A DNA stretch of 64,000 nucleotides from the human T2T-CHM13v2.0 reference genome, Homo sapiens, in the NCBI RefSeq assembly GCF_009914755.1, contig NC_060929.1. One strand, written 5' to 3'. The translations under genes were made by a program, and so were the position numbers. Shown in pieces: positions 12,446-27,300 of this stretch (the stretch's first letter is position 1; each line of letters starts with the position of its first letter). Below the pieces are notes generated by a model. The model did not search any database and was not told where the DNA came from. It worked only from the letters and a program-made list of their open reading frames with translations.

Positions 12446-14014
12446 ATAGAGATATGACAAATTTTAATGAAAGTGAAAGAGAGAGTTGGTCTAGGATGAG
12501 CCCTACTCTAGAGGTGTACAATTAAACTACAGATAGACCATTATTACTTTTTATTTTTCTTTTGGGAAGTGACTTTTAAGGATTTTTTTTTAAATAGCAA
12601 TATTAACCTGAATATTTAACGATGAATAAATCTTAGCATAAAAAAGGATAGAGCAGCATAGAAAGAATACATGGATTTTTAATGTGGAGAAGAAATACTC
12701 AGATGACACCACATTTTAGTGCCCTTCAAATATGTGTCTGACTATAATATAGAAGAGGAAATAGATACGCTATGTTGCTTTAGGCAGCAGGACTAGGGCA
12801 TATCTCTCTTTTTAAAATCACCTATTGTTGGTTATGTCTGTGATTTATTCCAATGCTTTGGTAAGATACAAAACTTTAAAACACTATATTGCTATTGGAG
12901 AAATGAGCCATTTTATGAATACCACTTTTTGACACAGTTTTTAGGAATTATTTGCCATCAAAATACAGGTTGCTCTTACATATACATACACATAATTTAA
13001 ATCAAGCCCACCTCAGTTTAATATGTGTCTTAAAAATGTGCATCTTTGATCTTAGTTTTATGTGCAAAGTAACATGATGCCAATTGTCTGTAACATTACA
13101 GACTGAACAGATGAGGAAAACTAGAAAATTGGAAATTGTTACTGAGTAAAATCTGTTGAATAATTTATGTTGATAAATGTGAAGAGTCTCAGAGATTGTT
13201 CTCTTTCTGCTATTTTCATCAATGAACTTAATACAGAAACAATCAGAGTCAGAAACTTTCAACTGTAGAAATGAGAAAGTTTACAACAACAAGAAATCAA
13301 CAACAAAACTTTAATCTGTGTTGTGATGCTCACAAACAGATAAAAGTTTACATACTATCTTTAAAGCTTGAGTTACGAGTCCAAGTTTGAATTCAGGAAT
13401 TTGGATAAGTGTTTTGAGCTTCCATTTGTGATTCTTCAATCTGAAAAAATAGAGTTTACATTAAGATAAGAAGAACCCATTATGAGGAAGCAAACCCTTT
13501 AGGAACATATGCAGGTTTAAATGGAATTTATTAAATATGCTTTGTGTTTGTCTATGCTACAAAGACTTCAAAGTCTATGGTATAAGAAATGAAAAATGAA
13601 ATAATATAGCTCTTGGAAAAAAGAGTGCTTTCCTATAAATACCAATTATAAGCAAACATGTAATTTTTAAACTAGAATGTGTTAGAATTCTAAGAGAAAG
13701 CTGTGGTTTGAGTTTTCTGATTAATTGAAGATGAACTTAATGTTTTGCAAATTTCCTAAGCTATGATTAGAAAATACCTTAATAAGATGGGCAAAGCATA
13801 ATTACATTTGTCTGTAGTTGATTTTATTGAAGTAACTCAGATTAAATATCCTTAGTTTGAAACATGCTTATATTCTATAAATTTAGGGAAGAAGCAGTAT
13901 GTGCTGGTACTGTTCCAGGTATTAAAAAAACAAGATAAAGAACAAACTATCAGATAATGAAGGACAGTGCTATAGTAGTAGAAGGCATATAGTAGAAGGC
14001 ATCAGAAATTAGAC

Positions 14015-14100
14015 TGAATTCATTCCACAATTATGTATGAGCTACTATTTGCTCGTTATTATTCTGGGTGCTGGAAGCATAGCAGGAAACAATATAAAAA
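14015..14100 (-). mobile_element. L2 3' fragment; further L2-like purine-rich relics extend to about 15200
   Basis: ATTCATTCCAC...GAGCTACTATTTTGC...TTCTGGGTGCTGGAAGCATAGCAG. Confidence 0.5.
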
Positions 14101-14386
14101 GGCAAAACAGAACAAACTACCTTGACAAAAGCTATTGCTGAGGGAAGAATCAGAGGACATTACATGAAAAGGACTTAATTTGACAGTGAGAAGATAAAGG
14201 ATATCACCTGTAGTCACTTCTATTTTATCAGAGAAATAGTAATTAAGATAATCAGAAGAGAACGTGGTAGAAGAAGATTGTTGGTGGTGTGAAGAGAGAG
14301 AGAAAGGTACAAAATACTGATGTAGGAGAGAGGGTTGTAGGATTGACTGACAGCACTAAAGACCTATTAAAGCTCTGTCACCATAA

Positions 14387-14740
<354 letters not shown>

Positions 14741-17278
14741 TAAAGCAGATGTGAAATATAAAGTTAGTTGGGATTTTCCTCAGCAAATTTAATGGAGCAG
14801 ATAAAGGAAGGTGGGAGGATCTATGCAGAAATAATTATAATTGTTCTCATGGAATCTAAGCCAGATAAGGAGGGGACTGAGGCAAAGATGGAGTTGCAGG
14901 AGAATGAGAATGTGGTAGGATCAATGAATTGAAGGTTTTTGTGGAGTCAAGGAATTATTGAATTAGGATACTAGAGAGAGTGAGCTGAAAAGACACAAAG
15001 TTATAAATGGAGAGTTGGATGCTTACAATTTTAAGTATAGACAGGGAACAATTATTAGGAATAACAAGCTCTAAAGACTGATTATGATAATTGGTTGGCT
15101 GTGAAAGGAGACTAAGATTATTAGAAATGAGGAGAATCAGAAAGCAAAACCCAGAATTTTGTGAAGGTCGGTTACAGAGAAATTGAATTAATCAGAAGGT
15201 ATTCGCACTGGTCCAAGGCCAAAGTTTGAGAGAATATTCAAATAATCTTGCTTATTATTCTTTTTCCTTAAAATTAAAGCACTTAAGACTATTCTAACAT
15301 ACTAGATATTCAAATATATTAATACATGGGCATATACTTAGGTGTGAATTCAAGATAATACTAGATGGTCTTTTTCTTATGCCATGTCCAATGTCAGCAT
15401 GGTGACACATGCAAAGAAACTCTGACTCTGAAAACATTGAAGAATGCAGAAACTTTTAAATCCAGGTTTTCTTGAAGAATATTATATCAAAGGAAGTACA
15501 GCACACAACCTTCATCAAAAGTTTCTAAAAGTTCCCTTAAATTACATTTTTGTTCATTTTTTTTCCCTTAACTGCCTTTCCCATCTATGCTAGTTCACTC
15601 CTTTTTCTTATTGTATAACATCTTTTGCTCTTTGGTCACCCTGACAAAGCTGTAAGGCAGTTGGGGGCTCCGGTACTTCTGCCATTTGTATCTTCACCCA
15701 TAATGCATTGTAGATCATACATTTTTTTAAAAAGGCATGAGAGGGAAAAAAAGTCATAAATACTTAGACTTACATGTATTTAGTCCCCACGATATGTGTT
15801 TATGTATATATAATGTGCATACATATTTGTGTGTGTGAGAGTTTATTCAAGGACATGAGATATAGTGATTTACCTCAATTGTTGAGAACCAGAAATGTGA
15901 GGGGAGTAAAACTTTATTAAATGACAGATATTCAAGTAACATTGGGAAGATTACTGTAAATAAATAAATGAGAAATTGAGTTTGACATTTGCATGATGAA
16001 ATATGAAACACATTTTCAATAATTTCAGTGATCCCTTAAATAACATTCAGAAATGTTAGCTGACCTAAATTTCCATTTGGCTAATGACTTTCTTTGCAGA
16101 GCATATGACAAACTGTGGCATATGTTGTTGAGCATATGCCACAACACTAGCAATACATCAGTAAATTCCACCTTTCATGAGTTTTTGTATATTTATACCT
16201 AAAACTATGAAAAAGTCTCTGGGTACAATAGAAATGGACACAATCTCTTATAGAACCAAGAGAGAATATTAATGTTTAAAGCATTCATGTATTTGAATAT
16301 AATGTAAAACACAGGGCGGTATACTCTCATTCATCATTTTTAGGTATAAACAAAATAACCTTCAGAAGTCCATACAAATTTTTTTTAAATAAAAAGTACT
16401 TGTGAAGCCCAGAGGATTTTAGTAGGCCATATGTTGCTTTTTACTTTTTCCTAAACAGGGTTAAATCCATAATAAATAATACTAGTATTTTCTCCCATAC
16501 CTTCTTAGGTTTCTCAATAGGAAATGATAAATAAGAAATAGGCAGAGAGGAGAAAAAAATGCTTGAAGCACATGTCAATTTTCAATTCAAATGCTGTGAG
16601 CTTAAATTTTATTAGTTTATATACTTGAATATCCATTAGTTTATAATTAGGTGCTCTGTTCACTGAATGATATAAGATCTTTCTAAATTGAGCTTTTAGA
16701 AATAGTTTGGTATTTTCATGAAAAAAATAGTACTGTATTGGTGAATATCTATTACTGTAGGCAGAAATTATGTGATTTCAAAGAAAAGAAGCAACACAAG
16801 TTAGCTCCTGAAATAGGGAAGATACTTGACAGGTGCATACCATATTACTCAAGTAAAAGCAGCTGAGTCTCCCTAAGGCCCAGAGTTAGACAGTTGCCAT
16901 TCATTGCCATTCATTCATATTCTCTTTCTCTCTTTCTCTCCCACCCGCCTCCTCTGGGGCGCACCTGCCTCTGCAACCCTATCTTGGGCTAAATACTGTC
17001 TTATTTCTGGTTACCACTGCATATCTGCCTCTTTTACTTTCTCTTTCTAGATAAACTCATTTAAATTTACTCATCAATGTCCCAAATATGGCTGTCTTGG
17101 TGAAGTCTTTTACACAGCTTCTAGTTTAAGGACCTAGCAATGCCAAAGTAGAAACTGAGTTGCAAATTCAGCCACTTTCATTAGCTGAGCACCCCAGCAC
17201 CAGTGAATTATGACATGGAAAGGGGTACACAGAATTCGGTAAAGTGGTAGATAACCCTGGGAGCATACTTTCTTGGAT

Positions 17279-17344
17279 CAGTGATACAGATTGTTAAAAT
17301 TCCCATTTAAGACCAGTGATACAGACGGTTAAAATTCCCATTTA
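17279..17344. repeat. Tandem duplication, period 35 bp, about 1.9 copies
   Basis: CAGTGATACAGATTGTTAAAATTCCCATTTA(AGAC) followed by CAGTGATACAGACGGTTAAAATTCCCATTTA. Confidence 0.9.
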
Positions 17345-17564
17345 TTTCTATTTTAGAAAAGTCAAGAAAGTTCCTTATTCCATGCACCCTTGTACAGTTG
17401 CCTGTAGAATTCCCTAGAATTTCCTATTCAGAAATCCATTTCTTCTGGGGGAAAACACAATTTCAAAAACCTTAGAGGATGGTAACAACTGATAAAACAA
17501 CTGTGAAAAAATACATGTTTGTTTGAATGGACCCATTTATCTGCTTATAATAATTTATAATTAC

Positions 17565-17735
17565 AAAGAGCCTTAGACATAATCTAATCTCACTCTTTGT
17601 TTTGTAGGGGAACAAAGTACTTTGCAGAGATTGAAGGGCTTGCTCAAGTTCATTTGTTTGGTTATTTTGTAAAAGTCAAGACTAAAATCGGGTTTTCTTG
17701 ACTTCAAGATAAATACTATTTCCACTATACCAAAG
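17565..17735 (-). mobile_element. MIR (MIR3/MIRc-like)
   Basis: CAGAGATTGAAGGGCTTGCTCAAG...TCTTGACTTCAAG...TTTCCACTATACCA, an antisense MIR core. Confidence 0.55.
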
Positions 17736-17805
17736 TGTTTCCATTTTAAAACTCAGTTTGATCAATGTGCCAAGGAAACTGGAATTTTGTTGCATTGGAA
17801 GTATT

Positions 17806-18240
17806 TGTGTTATTTTTCTATTGTTGCTACGATAAATTGCAACAAATTTGTTATCTTACAGTTCTGAAAGTCAGATGTGTAATGCAGGTCTCATTGGGCT
17901 AAAATCAAGGTGTTGGCAGGTGGTGTTTCTTTCTAGAGGCATTAGGGGAAAATTCACTTACTTGACTCTTCCAGCTTGTAAAGGCTGCCCAATAACTTTG
18001 CTTTAAAGTCACCTTTCATCTCCAATCTCTACTTCCATCCTCACATCTCCTTCTCATTTTCTTCCACTTTTAAAGACTATTATCATTACATTGAACCCAC
18101 CTGGATAATCCAGACTAATTTCCCTATTTTAAGATCAGCTGATTAGTAGCCTTAATTCCACATGAAACATTAAGTCTCCTTTGCTCTACAACCTGAAGTA
18201 TTCACAGGTTGTTAGGATTACAATATGCAATCTTTGAAGT
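17806..18240 (-). mobile_element. MLT1D/E-type MaLR LTR
   Basis: TTATCTTACAGTTCTGAAAGTCAGA...GGGCTAAAATCAAGGTGTTGGCAGG...CCCACCTGGATAATCCAG...AAGATCAGCTGATTAG. Confidence 0.7.
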
Positions 18241-18507
18241 CTGTGCTTATCCTTCTCCTGTCTTCTGTAATTTGAACTGATGATCACTCCCTTTGGAAGG
18301 TAATTATTAGGTCAGGATACTCCTTGACTCAACTCATTTCTGACTTTCTCTTGGAGATCCTTCTTGATCTCTGCTGATACTGCAGCCCACTTTGTAACTG
18401 AGTATGTGTGAAATATAAGTAGTGACAGCAAAGGAGGAAAGAAGAAATTATGAAGCACATTACCACAGTGCATGAAACAGACTTGGGTGCCATTCTGGCA
18501 TGGGGAC

Positions 18508-18977
18508 TGTGGTCAATTAGAAGGGTGATTTCAGGTAAGATTAACATTTAAATTAGTAAACCCTGGGGAGAGCAGACTGCCTTTCATTGTGTAGGTGAGT
18601 CTTACCCAATCAGCTGAAGGCCTGAATAGAACAAAAAGACTAACTTCTCCAAGAAGGGTGAAATTTTTTCATCAGACTGTTTTGAGACTTAATCTGCACC
18701 ATCAATTCTCCTAGGTCTCCAGGCTGCCGGTCCTTAGGACTGGAACTACATCATTCACTCCCCTGCATCTCCAGCCTACTGGCACACACAGCAGATTTTG
18801 AACTAGTCAGCCTCCATAATTGCATGAGCCAATTCTTTATAATAAATCTCTCTCCTCTCTCTCTCTCTCTCTGTACACATACACACACACACACACCCCT
18901 ATTGATTCTATTTCACACATACGCACACAAACACACACAAACCTATTGATTCTGTTTCTCTAAAGAACCCTAATACA
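18508..18977 (+). mobile_element. MLT2 (B/D-type) ERVL LTR
   Basis: CCAATCAGCTGAAGGCCTGAATAGAACAAAAAGAC...CAGCCTCCATAATTGCATGAGCCAATTC...AATAAATCTC...TTCTGTTTCTCTAAAGAACCCTAATACA. Confidence 0.75.
18847..18897. repeat. Compound (CT)n(CA)n microsatellite inside MLT2
   Basis: Seen directly. Confidence 0.9.
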
Positions 18978-19942
18978 GGTGGTCTTTAGCATCCACAACA
19001 TAATCTGGTGGTATTTATTCTTACTTTATATCAGTCTTCAAAAAGCATTACCTCACTTTGAATCTTTCTAGCCAGCAAGATTTTTTTTTCAAGGCTTTAA
19101 ACTTTATATTCTCTCTCTCCATACATGGTTTTCTTGCCTTTCTATTCTATCACTCCTAACTGTGACTCTACTGTTTATCTTCACTGGAGCATAGAATCCT
19201 TTAATGATACTTTTCACCCAACTTTACAGAGACCACTAACCCTCTTCTGTTTGTTCTTGAGCCATATCCAGCCATCTCTCCTTGACTGGAAATTTCTATA
19301 TCATAATCTCTAATCTTTTGAAAAAAACTGATTTTAACCATTGCAATATTCAACTGTGAATTATCCCCTGAAACTGTATTTGGTTTAGTTCTTTTCCTTA
19401 TTACCTGAATGTGGTTGTAGAAAATCAGATAATCTACCTTGTGCCCACTACCCATACTACTTATTTTATCTTACTGATTTCTAGCATACTTCCCTGGTTG
19501 CAAGTTCCAAACTCCCCCAGTCCATTCATTTCTCCAGTTAACAATGAATGCTTGAATCTTCCCATGTAATTTTCCTCATGTTCTGACTATTCCTATAAGA
19601 AAATTGAGGCCAGCCCTCATGACCTCATAGCCTAATATGTACATTAGGCATGAAAATGAATATGACAACAGAATGAGATTCATGCTTTACTAAACACATG
19701 CTAGACATATGCAAAAGTAGTATGTTGGCTTAAAAGAGGAGATTGACCGCCTCTATAAAAGTGGAACAGTGGTGGCTGCAGGGAGATTCAAAGGAGGTTC
19801 CTCAAAGGAGATTATTCTGGAACTGGGTCTGGGAGAGGAAAAGAAGCTCATAAGGGAGAGGCTGGGTTTCTTAGAAGACAGTTTCCTTGGTGTCTGCCAC
19901 ACTTGGCATTCTGTTTTCTAGTTTTAGCCTTCTAAATTTTCT

Positions 19943-21090
<1,148 letters not shown>

Positions 21091-21229
21091 CTAAATTTTC
21101 TCTATCATTTAAGCTAGGCTCATATCCTTCTACTATACCTCCTGTAAATATAGACATTTCTCCAGACTCAATTTCAAGCTACCTATTCAGTTACATCTTT
21201 CAGAAAATTTACCTACTGTCAGAAGGTAA

Positions 21230-21830
21230 TTCTTTACCTCATCCAGTGAGTCATCAAATCCTATTCTCAATACTTCTCACTACTAACAATTTCCTTTTTC
21301 AACCCAAGATATGAGGCTGGTATAATTACATTCTGGGAAAACTGATAAGAATGTCAGTTGAGCCACTTGCCTTCATTCTCTAAATTTGCTAGTTTATTCA
21401 AGATGAATCATTCTCATATACAATTTTTCAAAATATGCTCCCTGATTTCCACAAGGAAAAGTCTAAACCTTTTAGTTTGCTGTGCAAGACTCTCCATAAT
21501 CTAGACCCAAACCACCTTCACAGATAAGTGCCCACTATTCCCTAAAAGAATTATTTTAGCATGGCATACACCAGCTCTCTCATGTCAACTCCTTCAAACT
21601 TCTAGCCTTAACTCTTTCCCAGTCCCAATTAGCTTTATGCTGTAGTCATGTTGAACTCATCTTGGTTTCTTGAAAATGTCTCCTTTCTGTCTTAGTATGC
21701 GCTCCTTTGCATGTGTCTCTTCTCAGACTTGTAAACTCATTGGGACAGGATATATGCTTCATTCAGATTTATATTCTCCCATCTTGACCCCTATAAAAAA
21801 CAAAGTTATTAAATATACTGATCAAATGAA
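21230..21830 (+). mobile_element. L2 relic
   Basis: ATCCAGTGAGTCATCAAATCC...GACTCTCCATAATCTAGACCC...GACTTGTAAACTCATTGGGACAGG. Confidence 0.45.
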
Positions 21831-23129
21831 ATATTGCTTACAACTCCTTTAAAACCCTGCACTTCAGTGGGATGTCCTTTATCTTCTTAAAACAGACATC
21901 TAATAAAGATACATTTGAAATCTGATTCTCTCCAGTTATTTATGGGAAAAATAGTCTCTATTTGTACCTGTGGGAATACAGAGAGATAATTGCTTTGGTG
22001 ACTTCCCGTAACCTAAAGCAACAAGAAAGTGACATAGCTGAGAATAGAGTTTAGTTCTTTGACTTCCAATTCATGTTTCCTACAAAGCATAACTTAACAA
22101 TTTGGAAAGAAATTCCATATGAATTAAACATCTTTCTTTGAATTGAAATAAGTTTATTTTCAACATCAACACCTTCACTACAGGGTATTCTGTGAACTGA
22201 AAAGAAAGGCTCTGTGCTGAAACTGTGTCTCGCTAACACTTCAGCTGACATATTAACTTCTTGTTGAAGAGCTATTTAATTTGAATAGAATCTGAGCCGT
22301 TACAGTGGTAGGAAGATTTTATGTAACCTCATTTTTCTATTGATGAAAACTCCACTACCTTTAAGATCTAAAAAGATAAGACATCTGCCATTAAAAAAAA
22401 AAAAAAAATCACCGTTATCTGGAAGATACATTCACAGGCAGTTAACAAATATTGCATTAGGCTTTACACATTACCAGGCCACAGGAGAGGTGAAGAGGTG
22501 AAATCAGAGAATTGATAGGCTGTACATGTTAAAAATAATATTGACTATTAATTAAATGTATAATGAAACTTCAAATATATAAATATTTTTCTCTTACATG
22601 TTAAAGCTCATCTTGGAAAGAGCTTAAATTTCAATAAAAAATACAAGAATGAAAGCAAATGGCAAATACTTCAGCTACAATTCAATGAATATAATTTTCT
22701 TGCTTATAAATATGATTAAAGTTGCAGCACTTTTTAAAACATGAGAATCATGTATAGAACCATGTTTATGGAGTTTAAAAAGACTCTAGCAATGTACCAT
22801 TTGACCACTGAGAGGGGTGAGGGTCTTTGCTTTCATCCCCGAAAGGATCCACAGTTTTTAAGGACTGTGTTTTGGTGCACAGAAGAGCACGCTCTCATGC
22901 GTAAGTAAATAAATTAGCATCGCATTCTTGGAATATATTTCCTTTATCCATCCTAGGGTAACCACATTTTGAATTGCTTTAAGTGAGTTATGATAATACC
23001 TGGGCTCCACTTTGGCATGTCAACAGATGACTAAGGGAAGATCTGGTTGAATTGTGAAGATTAGGCTGAGTTATTGATATTGTCTGTTAACATGGATAAA
23101 CATTTTAAAATTGCTATACTCATTTGAAA

Positions 23130-24330
23130 TCTACAATTTATTCATAACAATGTATAGAGAATCTGTATTCTAGTCGCTGTGCTAGAGTCTACAGAGCTAA
23201 AGTTAGATAAGATACAGTGGGAAAGAAAACACATATACAAGTCATTATTAAATAATGGAAAAGGATGGAGAGACGTAAGTAACTTGAATCTTAAACACAA
23301 ACAGAAAACCATATAGGAATTTTCAAGGTGAAGAGTGTGAGTAAAGGCATTCCCATCATAGGGAACTTCATTTGAAGAGCCAGGAAGACAGAAAACAACA
23401 TAGTGTGGGTGGAGAGCTGTATTAGTCTGTTCTCACACTGCTGTAAAGAACTGCCCATGACTGGGTAATTTATAAAGGAAAGAGGTTTAATTGACTTATA
23501 GTTCTACATGGCTGGGAGAGCCTCAGGAAACTTATAATCAAGGCATAAAGGAAAACAAACATATCCTTCTTTCACATGGTAGCAGGAGAGAGAGGTGCTG
23601 AACAAAGACAAAAGCCCCTTATAAAATCATCAGATCTCATGAGAACTCACTATCATGAGAACAACATGGTGGTAACTTCCCCCCTGATTCAATTACCTCC
23701 CACTGGGTACCTCCCATGACATGTAGGGATTATGGGAACTACATTTCAAGATGAGATCTGGGTGGAGAGACAGCCAAGCCTATAAAAAGCTATAAGCAAC
23801 TCAGTGTTGTTAGATTATAAAGTTCAAACAGAGAAGAGGAAAGATACACCTGTAGAGACAGAAAGAGTCCTGGTCAAGTTATATTAGCTGTGGCATACAG
23901 GGCAGTTTGAACTTCATCCTACAGAAAAGACTCATTGAAGAGTTTGAAGAGATGCTTTGTGTTTGAAATAGAACACCTTGGCAGTGGTGTGTAGAATAGA
24001 TTTGAGAGGATAAAATTATGAGCCTGAAGATCAAGTAGTTAAGAGATTATTGAAGTAGTCTAAGAGAGAGGTGTTTTGAATCTAAATGAAAACACTGATA
24101 GTAATGATGAAAGTATGGGAAAAGATTTTAAAAAATATTTAGAAGACAAATTTAGCAAAACTGTTGCATAGAGACAGATTGAGGAATTAAGAATAATTAT
24201 TCTTGGGTTTTTCTTTTGAGTGATTATATATTTTGTGCCATTAACTTGGTTAGAGATTAAGGAGAATGACATGGAAGAGAAGGAAGAAGTGGAAGGGAGG
24301 GAGGCAATTTTAACTGATTGTTGCATATTT
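23130..24330 (-). mobile_element. L2 relic split by THE1
   Basis: AAAGGCATTCCCATCATAGGGAAC...TTTGAACTTCATCCT...GGCAGTGGTGTGTAGAATAGATTTGAGAGG, an antisense L2 body. Confidence 0.55.
23418..23785 (-). mobile_element. THE1 (THE1C/D) MaLR solo LTR
   Basis: TGTATTAGTCTGTTCTCACACTGCT...GGGTAATTTATAAAGGAAAGAGG...GATTATGGGAACTACATTTCAAGATGAGAT. TSD about AGAGC/AAAGC. Confidence 0.85.
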
Positions 24331-27300
24331 AGGCAAACTGGATTCTTTTATATTAGTGGGCTGCTCAATGATAAATATAATGACATAAGAATGTGTTCAT
24401 TATCCTTGAAAAGTTTTAATACAACATGTATATTCTCAACTGAATTAGCTTAATTATGATTTTGATTTTTACTTTGAAATACTATAGCATTTTCTGAGAA
24501 TACTTCAGTTTTTCAAATATTCTTTATATACGTATATGAAAAGAAATATCTGAAAATCATCCATTTATAGAATAGTAGAGAAAGCAATAGTAGATCAGAC
24601 TGATTTTTGAGGTATCCCATCATTCTGTTCCAGGGTTAATATTTAAGAAAGAACTTTAAAAGTTTAGGGATATCCATCAAACATCGCTAGATTCATTAAT
24701 GAGGTAAGGACTTATCTGTCTTAAAGAATTTAATCCAGGAAATTATGGCTAAAATAAATAGAGAGCTCAAGCTATTCATCTGATTCATGTTTATTGAGAT
24801 TAATGTTTTTGTTTCCTAGATTTGGTCATTATTTCATTACTAAGATGCAGTTGATAAAACCCAAACCAAATAAAAAAGTCAGCTAACAAAAAATATTACT
24901 TCATAATCTAATGACTTCCCTTTCATCTCTAATTTGCAATAACTTAATGTTTTCTTTGACTATGAAAAGGATTTCAAAGCCAGCCTATATGGAAAAAGGA
25001 AAGAGCTGTGTTCTAGCAACTGATCCTGGAACTATACACAGTTTATGCATTTTTTGTTAAAATAAATTTTAGAACACTGGAAATATTTTATCACATAATG
25101 AAATATCTGATGACACAAAATTTCCAATGACATTAAAGTAAATAAGATACGTCTAGATTTCACACATTTCTATGCCTTCAAACACTAAACATTTCTTTAT
25201 ATACATTTACAACAGGTTCCTCTATAAAATTATACTTGCAATGCAGATGTTAGAAAGTCATTTATACCATGATTTGTTATACATGTGATGCCAGTGATTT
25301 ATGTTCATTATGATACAGTTTATTTTAACTAAAATGAATCATCTATAGGGCTGATAAAAAGATAGCCCATAGGAACAGAGGCCTTTTTAACTTCCAGGTT
25401 ATGACTTTTAAATCTTCCTAAATCATTACTGCTACAGTGCATTAAACGACACCCAAGTGACCTAGCAGAGTTGATGTGCTTCCCTAAGCACATGAAAGAG
25501 TATTAGATTATGACACTCAGGAAAATCTAGCATTTTATGTTTAATCAACCAGAACAAAGGGTATTCTACATATTTGTTTCTTATTTTCCCAACTAGTCTT
25601 AGAATAATACTTAGCTCTCAAAGGAATGAGTGCAATCCAATGGAAATCATTACAGTATTAATCTAAAACAACTTCAATACCCAGTGGGTAATCAGAGGCA
25701 TAGTCAATCTATGTATGCCTTTAAGACAGTTCAGTGAAAGGCAAGACAGGTTTCTGCTAACTTCTTGGTGTTCTCTAGGTTAGTAGCAGGTTGATATTTG
25801 AAATTTGGTCTAGAGACAGTTATGATTATTTCCAGTTTTCTTTTCAAAGCAGGTCACACTTACTTTTTTGTCAGACTTTTTTGTTGCAATTGTCCTCAAT
25901 ATTAATTTGGAATGAGTTTTAACATGTTACTCCATAAATGTTTGAGAACAGTTGAACTAAGATATGTTCCCTAGGAAATGATAAATGATCATTTTAATAC
26001 TACCATGAGAAGAAATAACTATTCCAGGGCATCGAGTGGCAAGCCCAGCAGCCCTATAAACCTACCACAAGAGTCAAGTTCATTGGAATGACTATCTTAT
26101 GGGAAAATCTGGCAGGATCACTTTGAAGCATTTTTAACATAAGAAAAAAACATGAACTTGTTAATCTCCTAGTCACCAAAGGGCCACATTAAAAAGATTT
26201 GCTATAGTTGAGGGATTGTTCAAGGTTATGATATCACCTGTCAAACATCAAAACATGAGGTGCACAAGACTCAAAAGAAATTCAGAAACTTTCAGTTTTA
26301 CATTCGGTAATGGGTCCCCGGGAGTAACTGGGTGTCCTTGACAATGTGCTATGGTTAGTTTCTGCTGCTCTAGGCATTTTGCTGAATACTGTTTTCATAC
26401 CTTTATGGGCATGCAGTCATAAACAATACCAAGAAATGGTAAAATAAGTATATGAACTTATTTGGTCTTGTTTACAGTAAAAATTCAGAAAATGTGGAAC
26501 TCTTAAGATTGAATGAATGCTTATTGCTTTTTATGTTTTGAAATAATTGAATGTGTTTTTTAAAAAATTATGGTTGAATAAATTTGGAGCAAAAACATTT
26601 TTTAGTCTATGACGAATGTTTAATTTTACTTGAAACTAAGTTATTAGGTTTGAAGTATAGTGAGTGGTGGAATTCCAGCTTATTTCTTCATAGCGATATA
26701 TCTCTATCTTAATAAGAAAATCAATATAATTGAGTCTTGAAATTTTAACAACGTTAAAGCCAAAAATATATTATGATTCATAATCTAGGGTTTCATACAT
26801 AAATCTATAATAATTGCTTAGTACATACAAATATGCAGAGAAAGGACAACTTTCTTGTGATAGAATTATACTATGTTATGATTCATTATTGGTAGCATAA
26901 AATATAAAAACATATATATAAAATATAACATTTATATATAACATTATATATATAAAATATAAAAACATTATATTTTGTGCTGTCTACCAATAATGAATCA
27001 GGTTGTTTCAGGTACATACAAATTGAAACAAGTGTCTTAAATAGGATGGTTAATGCCTTAAAAGACAATGTCATTTGATTAGCTTTGTGTCCCTGTGTCT
27101 GTCAGATAGCAGGAGCTCTGTAAATGCTTACCACATGAATGGATGAATTTGTATACAAGTGGCCTGAGGAATTTACAATTCATAAATGTAGTGCACATTA
27201 TCTCATTAGATATACAAAGTGTTTTGGCGCAATAATGTTACATCATTCATTTGATGTAAAACCAGAATTTTGAAAGCTCTTTTGATTAATAAATTCAGTA

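Noticed and set aside
22293-22303. TGAGCCGTTAC, resembling the 5' flank I recall for the amniote HH9 hammerhead
   Set aside because: Only 11 nt match and no CUGAUGA core follows, so this is coincidence.
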